Below, in pieces: positions 44,582-52,586 of a DNA stretch of 64,000 nucleotides. Source of the DNA: Patescibacteria group bacterium (GTDB lineage Bacteria; Patescibacteriota; WWE3; UBA101185; UBA10185); contig JBHPHX010000001.1 of NCBI GenBank assembly GCA_042571515.1, positions 9,508 through 73,507 on the forward strand. The letters are read 5' to 3'. Within the stretch, counting starts at the first letter, position 1; each line of letters opens with the position of its first letter. The position numbers were made by a program, and so were the translations under genes. Under the pieces are notes generated by a model. That model did no database searches, was not told the origin of the DNA, and saw nothing but the letters and a program-made list of their open reading frames with translations.

Positions 44582-46411
44582 CTATTCCTCAAACCAAAAA
44601 TCCAACAACTCTCTTGCAATGGGGGCTGCGTCATCCGATCCGGAACCACCGCCCTCTAACAACACTGTCAAAACTATTGGCTTCTCACTTGGAGAAATAT
44701 TAGCCTGATCATTTACCTCCTCATAATATGGAGCAAAAACTGTAAACCATGCATGGGTCCCTATCTCACCATCAGCCATAACATACTCCGCAGTCCCCGT
44801 CTTACCTGCCACAGAAATAGGAAAATTAAATAAAGGATATCCAGTTCCACCTGGCTTTACCGAAGCACTCATACCTTCCCTGATTAGGTCGTAATGACCT
44901 TCCCCCACTAAATGTCTTCCTATAACAATAGGTTCAAACTCCCCTACCCCATCAATGCTTTTCACAATCTGGGGTTTGTACAAATACCCACCATTAGCAA
45001 AATACGTAACCATATTATTAATTTGTAGCGGGGTAACCAAAATATCCCCCTGCCCTATTGCCGAAATATAGTCGTCCCCCAAATACCATTCCCTGTGGGT
45101 TCCGTTTGGCATAAATCCTCCTACCTCGCCTCCTAAATCTATGTCAGTTGTTTTCCCAAATCCAAGTTTTGTGGCCCACTCATGCAACTTCTCTATTCCC
45201 AGCTGCCCTCCCACAAGGTAAAAATAGGTGTCATTACTCACTTGTAGAGCTCTTCTCATATTTACATCTCCGTGTCCGTCAAGTTTCCAGTTTCTAAAAG
45301 TGGAACCTCCAACCTGAATATAGCCTGGATCAAAAATTGATGTATACCTACTCACTACACCTTCCATCAAGCCCGCAGAAGCCGTAACCATCTTAAAAAC
45401 AGATCCAGGTGGGTATACTGCACCAATCGCACGATTGAAAAAAGGGAGTGTTAGATCATTAATAAGGTTCTCTAGATCCGCTTGGCTAATCCCTCCAGAA
45501 ATCTCAGTAGAGCTAAAGGCGGGGTAGCTCACTAGTGCCATCACGCCTCCATTGGTGGGATCTTGTATCACAATTGCCCCACCAATAGCATCTCCCTCGT
45601 TAACACTGTCCCTAAGAAGTTCAAAGGCTTTCTTTTGCAAACCATGGTCTAGATAAGTAAAGATATTTTTTCCAGGCAGAGAATCTTTAACTGTGATTAC
45701 ATCTTCAGCTGTCTCAGTGGAATTAATCTGCACAACTTTAACTCCAGGCATCCCCGCAACATACTCATTGTAAAACCTTTCCAAACCTGCTTTTCCCACA
45801 ATGGTATTTTCCCCCAAACCTACATAACCAATCACGTGAGCAAACTCCTTATCAAACAGGTAGTCTCTACTGGGGAAAACCACTACAGATACCCCCGGTA
45901 ACTCTGAGATATGGGCCTCAAGGACTAAGATTTCCTTCTGGGTCAGGTCAATAGCCAACAAAATATTAGTTTTCCTAGCGTTAAGAGCGTCTTGAATTCT
46001 GGGCATATCCAACTCTACAAACTCTTGTACTTTTTCTAGGGTCTTGGGGCAAATATCATTTACTCTACCTAAGTTACAAACCAGTGTGTTTAGCTCTAGG
46101 GCAAATCTGGGCTTATTTCGAACTAGAAGCTTATCATTTCTATCAAAAATAAGTCCCCTTTCTGACAAAATAGATATTTCTCTTATCCTATTACTGTTGG
46201 CAAGATTAAGGTACTTGTCTTGTTGGGTAATTTGAACTTTCACAAGTCTCCCCACAAAAGCAAACATAATTATTATTACCACTCCCAAATACAAATAAGC
46301 TACCCACGCTGTGGAATCTGTTCTTAACCCCTTGGGATCACTACTTCTATTTTTCCTAGGAACTTTTTTGGGGGTGAATTTATTTATTTCATCAAAAAGT
46401 GCCCAGTTCAT
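44582..46411 (-). CDS. mrdA: Penicillin-binding protein 2 (elongasome transpeptidase)
   Basis: SxxK (SVFKMVTASAG), SxN and KTGTAE motifs. Adjacent to mreBCD. Confidence 0.85.
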   Translation of the reverse strand: MNWALFDEINKFTPKKVPRKNRSSDPKGLRTDSTAWVAYLYLGVVIIIMFAFVGRLVKVQITQQDKYLNLANSNRIREISILSERGLIFDRNDKLLVRNKPRFALELNTLVCNLGRVNDICPKTLEKVQEFVELDMPRIQDALNARKTNILLAIDLTQKEILVLEAHISELPGVSVVVFPSRDYLFDKEFAHVIGYVGLGENTIVGKAGLERFYNEYVAGMPGVKVVQINSTETAEDVITVKDSLPGKNIFTYLDHGLQKKAFELLRDSVNEGDAIGGAIVIQDPTNGGVMALVSYPAFSSTEISGGISQADLENLINDLTLPFFNRAIGAVYPPGSVFKMVTASAGLMEGVVSRYTSIFDPGYIQVGGSTFRNWKLDGHGDVNMRRALQVSNDTYFYLVGGQLGIEKLHEWATKLGFGKTTDIDLGGEVGGFMPNGTHREWYLGDDYISAIGQGDILVTPLQINNMVTYFANGGYLYKPQIVKSIDGVGEFEPIVIGRHLVGEGHYDLIREGMSASVKPGGTGYPLFNFPISVAGKTGTAEYVMADGEIGTHAWFTVFAPYYEEVNDQANISPSEKPIVLTVLLEGGGSGSDDAAPIARELLDFWFEE

Positions 46412-46866
46412 ACTTTTATCCGATACGTTTCACTTAGAAATTTACTTCCCAATTTCCTTAGCACACCAAATATGACAACTGATAGAACAACCGTTATAAC
46501 CTCTTGCCATAGTAAATACTGCTGATGGAAGATATAATTGTAAATACCATACGATATTAGAAAAACAATAATCTGTGCTACAAAGTTTTTAGTTCCAAAA
46601 CGACGCGCAAAATATACTAGACCGATAACTAAAACATGTCCCAGCGTGTATAAACCAAAAGTTTTTATACTAAGTAGGTCTATGAGCAAACCACCAAAAA
46701 ATATACTCTTCATAGACACCTCAAATTCTCCATTTAATAAAAGGGCAAAACTAAATGCCAAGATTAAACTAGGGTTAGCCAACTCACCAATAAGCTCTGG
46801 AAAAAATGCAGCTTGTAAAAAAACCAAAACCAGATTTATTATAAATAAATTAAATGTTTTTCTCAT
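46408..46866 (-). CDS. mreD: Rod shape-determining protein MreD
   Basis: Small polytopic membrane protein immediately downstream of mreC. Confidence 0.65.
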   Translation of the reverse strand: MRKTFNLFIINLVLVFLQAAFFPELIGELANPSLILAFSFALLLNGEFEVSMKSIFFGGLLIDLLSIKTFGLYTLGHVLVIGLVYFARRFGTKNFVAQIIVFLISYGIYNYIFHQQYLLWQEVITVVLSVVIFGVLRKLGSKFLSETYRIKV

Positions 46867-47630
46867 TGACTCAACACCACAAAAACTTTATCTACGTTTT
46901 TTATATTAAAAGGTTGCTTCAAAATCACACTTTTAAGTGGAGCAGCTGACTCCAAAAGTACTTCGGATACACTTCCAACCACAAAATTTGGTAGAAATAT
47001 ACCGTCTGCCCCCGAAGTTATAAATATATCTTCCACAAACACACTATCACTCACCAAAATCCTACTCACTTCAATGGAAGTACCCAAATTTCCTTTTGCT
47101 AAGCCCTCAGCCCCCGTGGAAAGATCCCTAACTGTGGAACCAAATTCCACAGAGTTGGTTAGAGCCACCTCGCTTCTGAACTTATCTACACCAGTAACAA
47201 TCCCAACAAGATTATTTCCTAGTACTACATTATCCCCCATTTGAATACCGTGCTTACTACCTCTATCTATATATATACTCGCTCCGGTGGGATCCTTAGG
47301 ATTTCCTAAAACAGAGGCAAACACTAGCTCTATGTCAAAATCATTAGAAAGTTTTAATTGATCTTTTAGAATCTTGTTTTCCTCTAATGCTATTTGGGAC
47401 TCAATTAGTTGAGATTTTAACTCTGCGACCTGTGTAGTAAGTAAAATATTTTCTTCTCTGATTATATTGAATCTAAAAAATAACCGCGTTGTATCCTTGA
47501 TATTTATTGCTGATTTCCTCAAACCAAATTGTATGGGAGAAGCTACCTGTTGGAAGATATTTCGGATTGGATTGGTAATACCAATAACTCCAAATACTAA
47601 CAAAATTGCAGAAATGATGATTAGTCTCAC
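46863..47630 (-). CDS. mreC: Rod shape-determining protein MreC
   Basis: N-terminal TM plus coiled coil (ELKSQLIESQIALEENKILKDQL) and a beta-rich C-terminus. Confidence 0.8.
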   Translation of the reverse strand: MRLIIISAILLVFGVIGITNPIRNIFQQVASPIQFGLRKSAINIKDTTRLFFRFNIIREENILLTTQVAELKSQLIESQIALEENKILKDQLKLSNDFDIELVFASVLGNPKDPTGASIYIDRGSKHGIQMGDNVVLGNNLVGIVTGVDKFRSEVALTNSVEFGSTVRDLSTGAEGLAKGNLGTSIEVSRILVSDSVFVEDIFITSGADGIFLPNFVVGSVSEVLLESAAPLKSVILKQPFNIKNVDKVFVVLSQ

Positions 47631-47642
47631 AGTCCTATTCTA

Positions 47643-48683
47643 TCACTTGATGGAGACCTTCTCTAATAGCTCCAGATCTTCCAAAAGCTTGCCACATCCA
47701 CGTACAACACATGTAAGGGGGTCCTTAGAAACTTTCACAGGAACCCTTAGTTCAAACTCCATTAACTTATCCAAACCACGAAGTAAAGCAGTACCCCCAG
47801 CCAAAATAATTCCGTCCCTAACAATGTCGGCCATAAGCTCTGCCGGAGTGTCTTCTATGGCGTCTTTCACTCCATTTATAATTTCATAAATTGGGTCGTG
47901 GAGAGCTTCACGCATTTCAGCGGGTTGAACTTCCACTGCGCGTGGTAATCCTGTTTTAAGGTCACGGCCACGCATAACGGCACTAAAACTTTTTTCCTTC
48001 TTAAACTCAATGGCGTTCCCGATTTGACACTTTATCTCCTCTGCTGTACGTATCCCAAGTAATAAATTGTGGAACTCCCGGGCATAGTTCACTATAGCTT
48101 CATCCATCTCATCTCCTGCAATCCTTAAAGACTTGTTAACTACCAAACCCCCAAGAGATATAACAGCAATTTCTGAAGTTCCACCTCCCATATCCACAAT
48201 CATAGTTCCTCTTGGATCATTGACCGGTAAATTTGAGCCAATTGCAGCAGCCATTGGTTCATCTATTAAATAAACGGCCCTTGCTCCAGCATTCTTGGCT
48301 GCATCCACCACTGCTTTTCTTTCCACCGAGGTAACACCAGAGGGCACGCCAATAACTACCCGAGGACGCGGGATTTTTGGAAATCTTGCGGGAGATTCGT
48401 GCACTAAATGTATAAAGTAGGAAATCATTTTTTCTGCCACATAAAAGTCTGAAATCACTCCATCTCTTAGTGGTCTAATAGCCTGGATGGTATCTGGGGT
48501 TTTCCCAAGCATTTTTTTGGCCTCACTACCTACCGCCAAAACTTCCCGAGTTTTTTTATGAATAGCCACAACGCTCGGCTCACGAATTACTATACCTTTA
48601 CCACGGACATAAACTAAGGTATTTGCAGTTCCAAGATCTATTCCAATGTCGTGGGAGAAATAACCCAAAATGTTATTCAGCAT
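47643..48683 (-). CDS. mreB: Rod shape-determining protein MreB
   Basis: DIGIDLGTANTLVYV and actin-fold phosphate motifs (DMGGGTSE). Confidence 0.9.
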   Translation of the reverse strand: MLNNILGYFSHDIGIDLGTANTLVYVRGKGIVIREPSVVAIHKKTREVLAVGSEAKKMLGKTPDTIQAIRPLRDGVISDFYVAEKMISYFIHLVHESPARFPKIPRPRVVIGVPSGVTSVERKAVVDAAKNAGARAVYLIDEPMAAAIGSNLPVNDPRGTMIVDMGGGTSEIAVISLGGLVVNKSLRIAGDEMDEAIVNYAREFHNLLLGIRTAEEIKCQIGNAIEFKKEKSFSAVMRGRDLKTGLPRAVEVQPAEMREALHDPIYEIINGVKDAIEDTPAELMADIVRDGIILAGGTALLRGLDKLMEFELRVPVKVSKDPLTCVVRGCGKLLEDLELLEKVSIK

Positions 48684-49259
48684 TGTGATGTGAGTTTAAC
48701 ACAAACATTGCAATGGTATAATACCTCTATGGCCGTAGTACCAATAATTACAATTCCAAATAAGACCTTAACCACAGAGACCGAGCCGGTTACAGATTTT
48801 GGTGAGGAATTAAAGAAAACCATCTCAAATTTAAGAGATACAGTCCGTGCAGCTGAGGATCCTGAGGGTGCTGGTTTAGCAGCCACACAAATAGGAATAT
48901 CAAAATCAATCTGTATTGTCAGAAGATTCATTGTAGATAAAGGACATAGCGGAAATAGCAATATCAAGGAGTATATGCTAATTAATCCTAAAATAACCAA
49001 AAAATCAGGGGAAAAGGAAGTAGCTTGGGAAGGATGTTTGAGTGTTCCGGACACTTATGTAGAGGTGGAAAGGGCTAAAAAGATTAAGGTTGAAGCATTA
49101 GATCCAGATGGCAAGAATATTAATATAAACACCTCTGGATTTTTTGCTCGGGTCATTCAGCATGAGGTTGATCATTTGAATGGAATTTTAATGACTGATC
49201 ATGCTCTTGGAGAGAAAATAACAGAAAAAGAATTTGATAGTATGCAGGCTGCCTTATGA
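48651..49259 (+). CDS. def: Peptide deformylase
   Basis: GAGLAATQIG, EGCLSVP and HEVDHLNG motifs. Likely start at MAVVPII (~48729). Confidence 0.85.
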   Translation: MGEITQNVIQHCDVSLTQTLQWYNTSMAVVPIITIPNKTLTTETEPVTDFGEELKKTISNLRDTVRAAEDPEGAGLAATQIGISKSICIVRRFIVDKGHSGNSNIKEYMLINPKITKKSGEKEVAWEGCLSVPDTYVEVERAKKIKVEALDPDGKNININTSGFFARVIQHEVDHLNGILMTDHALGEKITEKEFDSMQAAL

Positions 49260-50083
49260 AAATAGCATTTTTTGGAACTTCCGATAGATCACAACCCATT
49301 TTAAAATCCCTAAACAACAATTTTGACTTAGAATTTTGTATTACCAAAAAAGGTTCGGGGGTAGAAGCATGGTGTAAGGAGAACAAGATAAAAATTACTC
49401 AAAAGGTTACACCAGATATTGACCTGGGGGTTGTAGCTGACTACAGTCAAATAATATCGGGAGACGTAATAAATACGCCAAAATATAAAATTATTAACAT
49501 ACATTTCTCACTTTTACCTGAATTAAGGGGCGCCAGCCCTATACAACACGCCATTTTGCAAGGCCTAAATGGAACGGGCGTGTCATATTTTGTCATGAGT
49601 GAAAAAATGGATACTGGGGATATTATTTATCAATTTGAACATCCTCTGGACGGCACAGAAACAAGCGGGGAGCTATATGAAATACTATTTGAAAAAGCCG
49701 CTAATCATTTGCCACAGGTTATTTCTGACTACACTTCGGGTAAGTTAATTCCCCAACCCCAAGACCACTCCAAAGCAACTTACTGCTACTCTAAAACTCA
49801 CCCAAAAAGTACTCTTATACATAAAGATGATGCTCTAATAGATTGGAAAGATTCAGCCAAATACATAGAAAGACAGGTTCGGGCCTTTGACCCTTGGCCT
49901 ATTGCCTGGGCTTACTTAAAAGATCTGCCAGTGGCTTTAAAGGACCATATTAATCCGGATCTTAAAGTAAAAATTCATAAGGTTGAGGTTAAGAATGGAA
50001 AGTTGGAAATAAAAGAGTTACAAGTAGAGGGGAAGAACATTATTGACTGGGAAAGTTTTGAGAATGGGTACACTAAGAAGTAG
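49256..50083 (+). CDS. fmt: Methionyl-tRNA formyltransferase
   Basis: MKIAFFGTSD. NIHFSLLPELRGASPIQHAIL (formyltransferase SLLP motif). def-fmt pair. Confidence 0.9.
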   Translation: MKIAFFGTSDRSQPILKSLNNNFDLEFCITKKGSGVEAWCKENKIKITQKVTPDIDLGVVADYSQIISGDVINTPKYKIINIHFSLLPELRGASPIQHAILQGLNGTGVSYFVMSEKMDTGDIIYQFEHPLDGTETSGELYEILFEKAANHLPQVISDYTSGKLIPQPQDHSKATYCYSKTHPKSTLIHKDDALIDWKDSAKYIERQVRAFDPWPIAWAYLKDLPVALKDHINPDLKVKIHKVEVKNGKLEIKELQVEGKNIIDWESFENGYTKK

Positions 50084-50282
50084 CTTTTTTGGATTTTAGT
50101 TTTTTAAGACAAGAGGTACAGAGTTTGACTTTAACCTTTTTGCCTCCCATTTCAAGTCTTTTGGTCTTTAAATTGGGCTGTTGGCGCCTGATAGCACGGT
50201 TTGTTACACGCCTACCAATACCTCGGGGTACGAGATTTCCTTTCATATATCCTTTGCCACATATTTCACATTTTCTTGCCAT
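50073..50282 (-). CDS. rpmB: 50S ribosomal protein L28
   Basis: MARKCEICGKG...NRAIRRQQPNL. Basic zinc-ribbon r-protein. Confidence 0.75.
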   Translation of the reverse strand: MARKCEICGKGYMKGNLVPRGIGRRVTNRAIRRQQPNLKTKRLEMGGKKVKVKLCTSCLKKLKSKKATS

Positions 50283-50328
50283 AACAGAAGAGATTAAAAC
50301 ATAATTGGGGGGATTAAACAAGGGTTGC

Positions 50329-50371
50329 GGTCAGGGGGTGTAGCTTAGTCTCTACATTTTTCCCCCTGACC
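50329..50371. other. Nested inverted repeat (GGTCAGGGGG...CCCCCTGACC enclosing TGTAG...CTACA) in the rpmB 5' leader
   Basis: Read directly. No T-tail on either strand. Possibly a regulatory leader structure. Confidence 0.5.
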
Positions 50372-50412
50372 TATAGATCCGAGAACATTTGTCTCCATTT
50401 TTATCTCTCCGT

Positions 50413-50544
50413 CTATCTGAATAAAGCCCATATTTTCCTAACTAAAAGAAATAACGGGTTTCTTCCACGACAATGATCACTTCTTTCGCCGCGGAAACAA
50501 GGTGGTGGGTTCCCATAATGGGCCATACACGCCTGACAATCCAT
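50413..50544 (-). CDS. Tiny Cys-rich peptide (43 aa: MDCQACMAHYGNPPPCFRGERSDHCRGRNPLFLLVRKIWALFR)
   Basis: Hand translation. Perfect SD AAAGGAGG 5 nt upstream. Confidence 0.3.
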   Translation of the reverse strand: MDCQACMAHYGNPPPCFRGERSDHCRGRNPLFLLVRKIWALFR

Positions 50545-50625
50545 GATAACCTCCTTTGAGTTAATTCATGGTTTTCACGGTTAATAGAGATTATATCAAC
50601 TTATAGTATTTTAGGCAAGAGTAAT

Positions 50626-51228
50626 TTACTTTAGTGGCACAAAAGAAAAGCCATAAAACTCCTCTTCTCTAAACTCCTCCTCCCCTATCCTCTCCACTTC
50701 AAAAATAGAATTATTAACCGGAATAACTAACACTCCTCCTATTTTTAGCTGGTGAAGTAATTCTTTTGGGAGGGATGTGGCTGCGGCCGAGATTAGGATT
50801 TTATCAAAGGGGGCTTTTTCTGGTAGCCCCAAGGTATCCCCCGCTTGTACGATTTTTGCGTTACTTTCTTTGAGATTTTCTTGCCCAAATTTGACAAGCT
50901 CTGGAATTTTCTCTACTCCAATTACACTACCCTCCTCGCCCACAATTTCTGCGAGTAGAGCAGTAGTCCACCCGGATCCCGAGCCAACATCCAAAATATG
51001 ATCTCCAGCCTGGGGCTGTAAAAGCTCAAACATTATGGCCACTGTAGTGGGTTGGGAATTGGTCTGACCAAAGCCAATGGGGATGGGCTTGTCTATGTAT
51101 GCTATGTCTAAACATTTAGGGGGAACAAAGCCTTTACGATCAACTTTTTCAAACGCCTCAATTATGTGTGGGGTTTTTAACACTCGGCTATTTTGCAATT
51201 TGGATACTAGTTGTTCGTATGTAAACAT
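50626..51228 (-). CDS. pcm: Protein-L-isoaspartate O-methyltransferase
   Basis: HILDVGSGSGWTTALLAEIVG (SAM motif I). PIMT-like overall. Confidence 0.85.
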   Translation of the reverse strand: MFTYEQLVSKLQNSRVLKTPHIIEAFEKVDRKGFVPPKCLDIAYIDKPIPIGFGQTNSQPTTVAIMFELLQPQAGDHILDVGSGSGWTTALLAEIVGEEGSVIGVEKIPELVKFGQENLKESNAKIVQAGDTLGLPEKAPFDKILISAAATSLPKELLHQLKIGGVLVIPVNNSIFEVERIGEEEFREEEFYGFSFVPLK

Positions 51229-51233
51229 TTTTG

Positions 51234-51310
51234 TGGAGCCGTTGGCCGGAATCGAACCGGCGACCTCGTCCTTACCATGGACGCGCTCTGACCTACTGAG
51301 CTACAACGGC
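51234..51310 (-). tRNA. tRNA-Thr(GGT)
   Basis: Hand-folded. Acceptor GCCGTTG/CAACGGC. Anticodon stem CGTCC/GGACG with loop ATGGTAA. T-arm CGCCGGTTCGATTCCGGC. CCA encoded. Confidence 0.75.
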
Positions 51311-51352
51311 AGGGATGGCTTGCCACTCGTAGCTTTAGCCTTTAGCGTAGAG

Positions 51353-51437
51353 TGGTGCCGGGGGAGGGATTCGAACCCCCGTAGGCTATGCCAACGGTTT
51401 TACAGACCGCTCCGTTTGACCGCTTCGGTACCCCGGC
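51353..51437 (-). tRNA. tRNA-Tyr(GTA), long variable arm
   Basis: Hand-folded. Acceptor GCCGGGG/CCCCGGC. Anticodon loop CTGTAAA. Variable arm TGGCATAGCCTAC. T-arm GGGGGTTCGAATCCCTC. CCA encoded. Confidence 0.75.
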
Positions 51438-51486
51438 TTACATCAACATTATATACTGGCTTGCCACACAAAGCTTTAGCGTAGTG

Positions 51487-51560
51487 TGGAGCCAGAGGTG
51501 GGATTCGAACCCACGACCTATCCCTTACAAGGGGATTGCTCTACCCCTGAGCTACTCTGG
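51487..51560 (-). tRNA. tRNA-Thr(TGT)
   Basis: Hand-folded. Acceptor GCCAGAG/CTCTGGC. Anticodon stem ATCCC/GGGAT with loop CTTGTAA. T-arm GTGGGTTCGAATCCCAC. Confidence 0.75.
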
Positions 51561-51751
51561 CAAGATTGTTAAATTGTAAACGTTTGCTCTATCCCTGAGC
51601 ATTAGTCCGCCAAGGGCGGGCGCTGGCGAGCCTAGCGAGCTAGACTCTGGCTTGGAATCGGGAATTTACCAGAGAATTGTAACATAAACACCAGTTTCTC
51701 CCACTATTCTATTATAATATCAGGAATTTGATATAATTCGGGGGTTAGTAT

Positions 51752-51827
51752 ACGGCCGTAGCTCAGTTGGTAGAGCACTGGTCTCCAAAACCAGGTGTCG
51801 TAGGTTCGAGTCCTACCGGCCGTGCCA
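51752..51827 (+). tRNA. tRNA-Trp(CCA)
   Basis: Hand-folded. Acceptor ACGGCCG/CGGCCGT. D-arm GCTC AGTTGGTA GAGC. Anticodon stem CTGGT/ACCAG with loop CTCCAAA. T-arm GTAGG TTCGAGT CCTAC. CCA encoded. Confidence 0.8.
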
Positions 51828-51931
51828 CTTTGGATGCCCAATGTCAAAACGCGAACCACAGTAGTATTCATAAAAGCAAGAAGGACAGTAACCTTTTGGG
51901 TAACACTGTCCTTTCTAGGAAAACTTCTCAA

Positions 51932-52243
51932 TTACGAGATAGCTTGGATAGCTCGGTTAATTTCCCACCGATCCACCAAAGTCCCCACCACAGAGGAAGT
52001 AGTTATGGCAAGTGATAATGTAGCCATAGACCGTCCAGCCACTGTATCATGATAAATAAGGAAAAAGGCTAAGGCTGAAATACCAGACGCCAAGACAAAG
52101 AATACGCCGACAAATAACGCCGTTTTTTTTCCTTTATGTATCCCCGAAAACACCAAATACAAAAGCTCTTTTGAAATATCCGAAGATGGGGGGGTGTTGA
52201 TTAACAACCTCAAATACTGAGATGGCTGCAACCGCAACCGCAA
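51932..52243 (-). CDS. Small membrane ORF overlapping the next ORF out of frame (possible frameshifted or alternate-frame gene)
   Basis: ORF track. Overlaps 52134..52361 by 110 nt in the +1 frame. An A8 tract lies at the junction (52123-52130). Confidence 0.3.
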   Translation of the reverse strand: MRLRLQPSQYLRLLINTPPSSDISKELLYLVFSGIHKGKKTALFVGVFFVLASGISALAFFLIYHDTVAGRSMATLSLAITTSSVVGTLVDRWEINRAIQAIS

Positions 52244-52361
52244 AAGTTACTCCTGGCAGAAAGCATTCTGGAAACCGGAAAAGACCTGCAAGGATTGCAG
52301 ATACAAATGCCAGGATAGCTCCAATCACGTTTAGGGCTCTAGGGAGTGTTCCTTCTTTCAT
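52134..52361 (-). CDS. Small membrane protein (75 aa)
   Basis: SD GGAGG 8 nt upstream. Two hydrophobic helices. Confidence 0.5.
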   Translation of the reverse strand: MKEGTLPRALNVIGAILAFVSAILAGLFRFPECFLPGVTFAVAVAAISVFEVVNQHPPIFGYFKRAFVFGVFGDT

Positions 52362-52586
52362 TTTGGTATACCTCCTACAATAAGATTAGTTTTACGTAAG
52401 TGCTGAGACCATTATAAATCAAAGCGCTGTATTATACAAATAGACATTTGTATTTTCTACAACACCCCCACTCAACATACTCATATTGTCCTATAGAGGC
52501 TCGACTCCCTCCGGGCCTGCCACAAAAACTCTACCCTCGGTTCTTTTCCCTTTCAGACTTTAGATATTTCTTCATCATAAATCCGA

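Larger units (their letters stand above)
43826..44583 (+). mobile_element. IS200/IS605- or RAYT-type element: Y1 HUH transposase gene flanked by GAGCTCTGAGCT direct repeats (43828-43839 and 44570-44581), with REP-like palindromes at the left end
   Basis: Read directly. Repeats GAGCTCTGAGCT bound the unit. Palindrome TTCTAGTTTAACTAGAA lies at 43864-43880. Confidence 0.5.
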
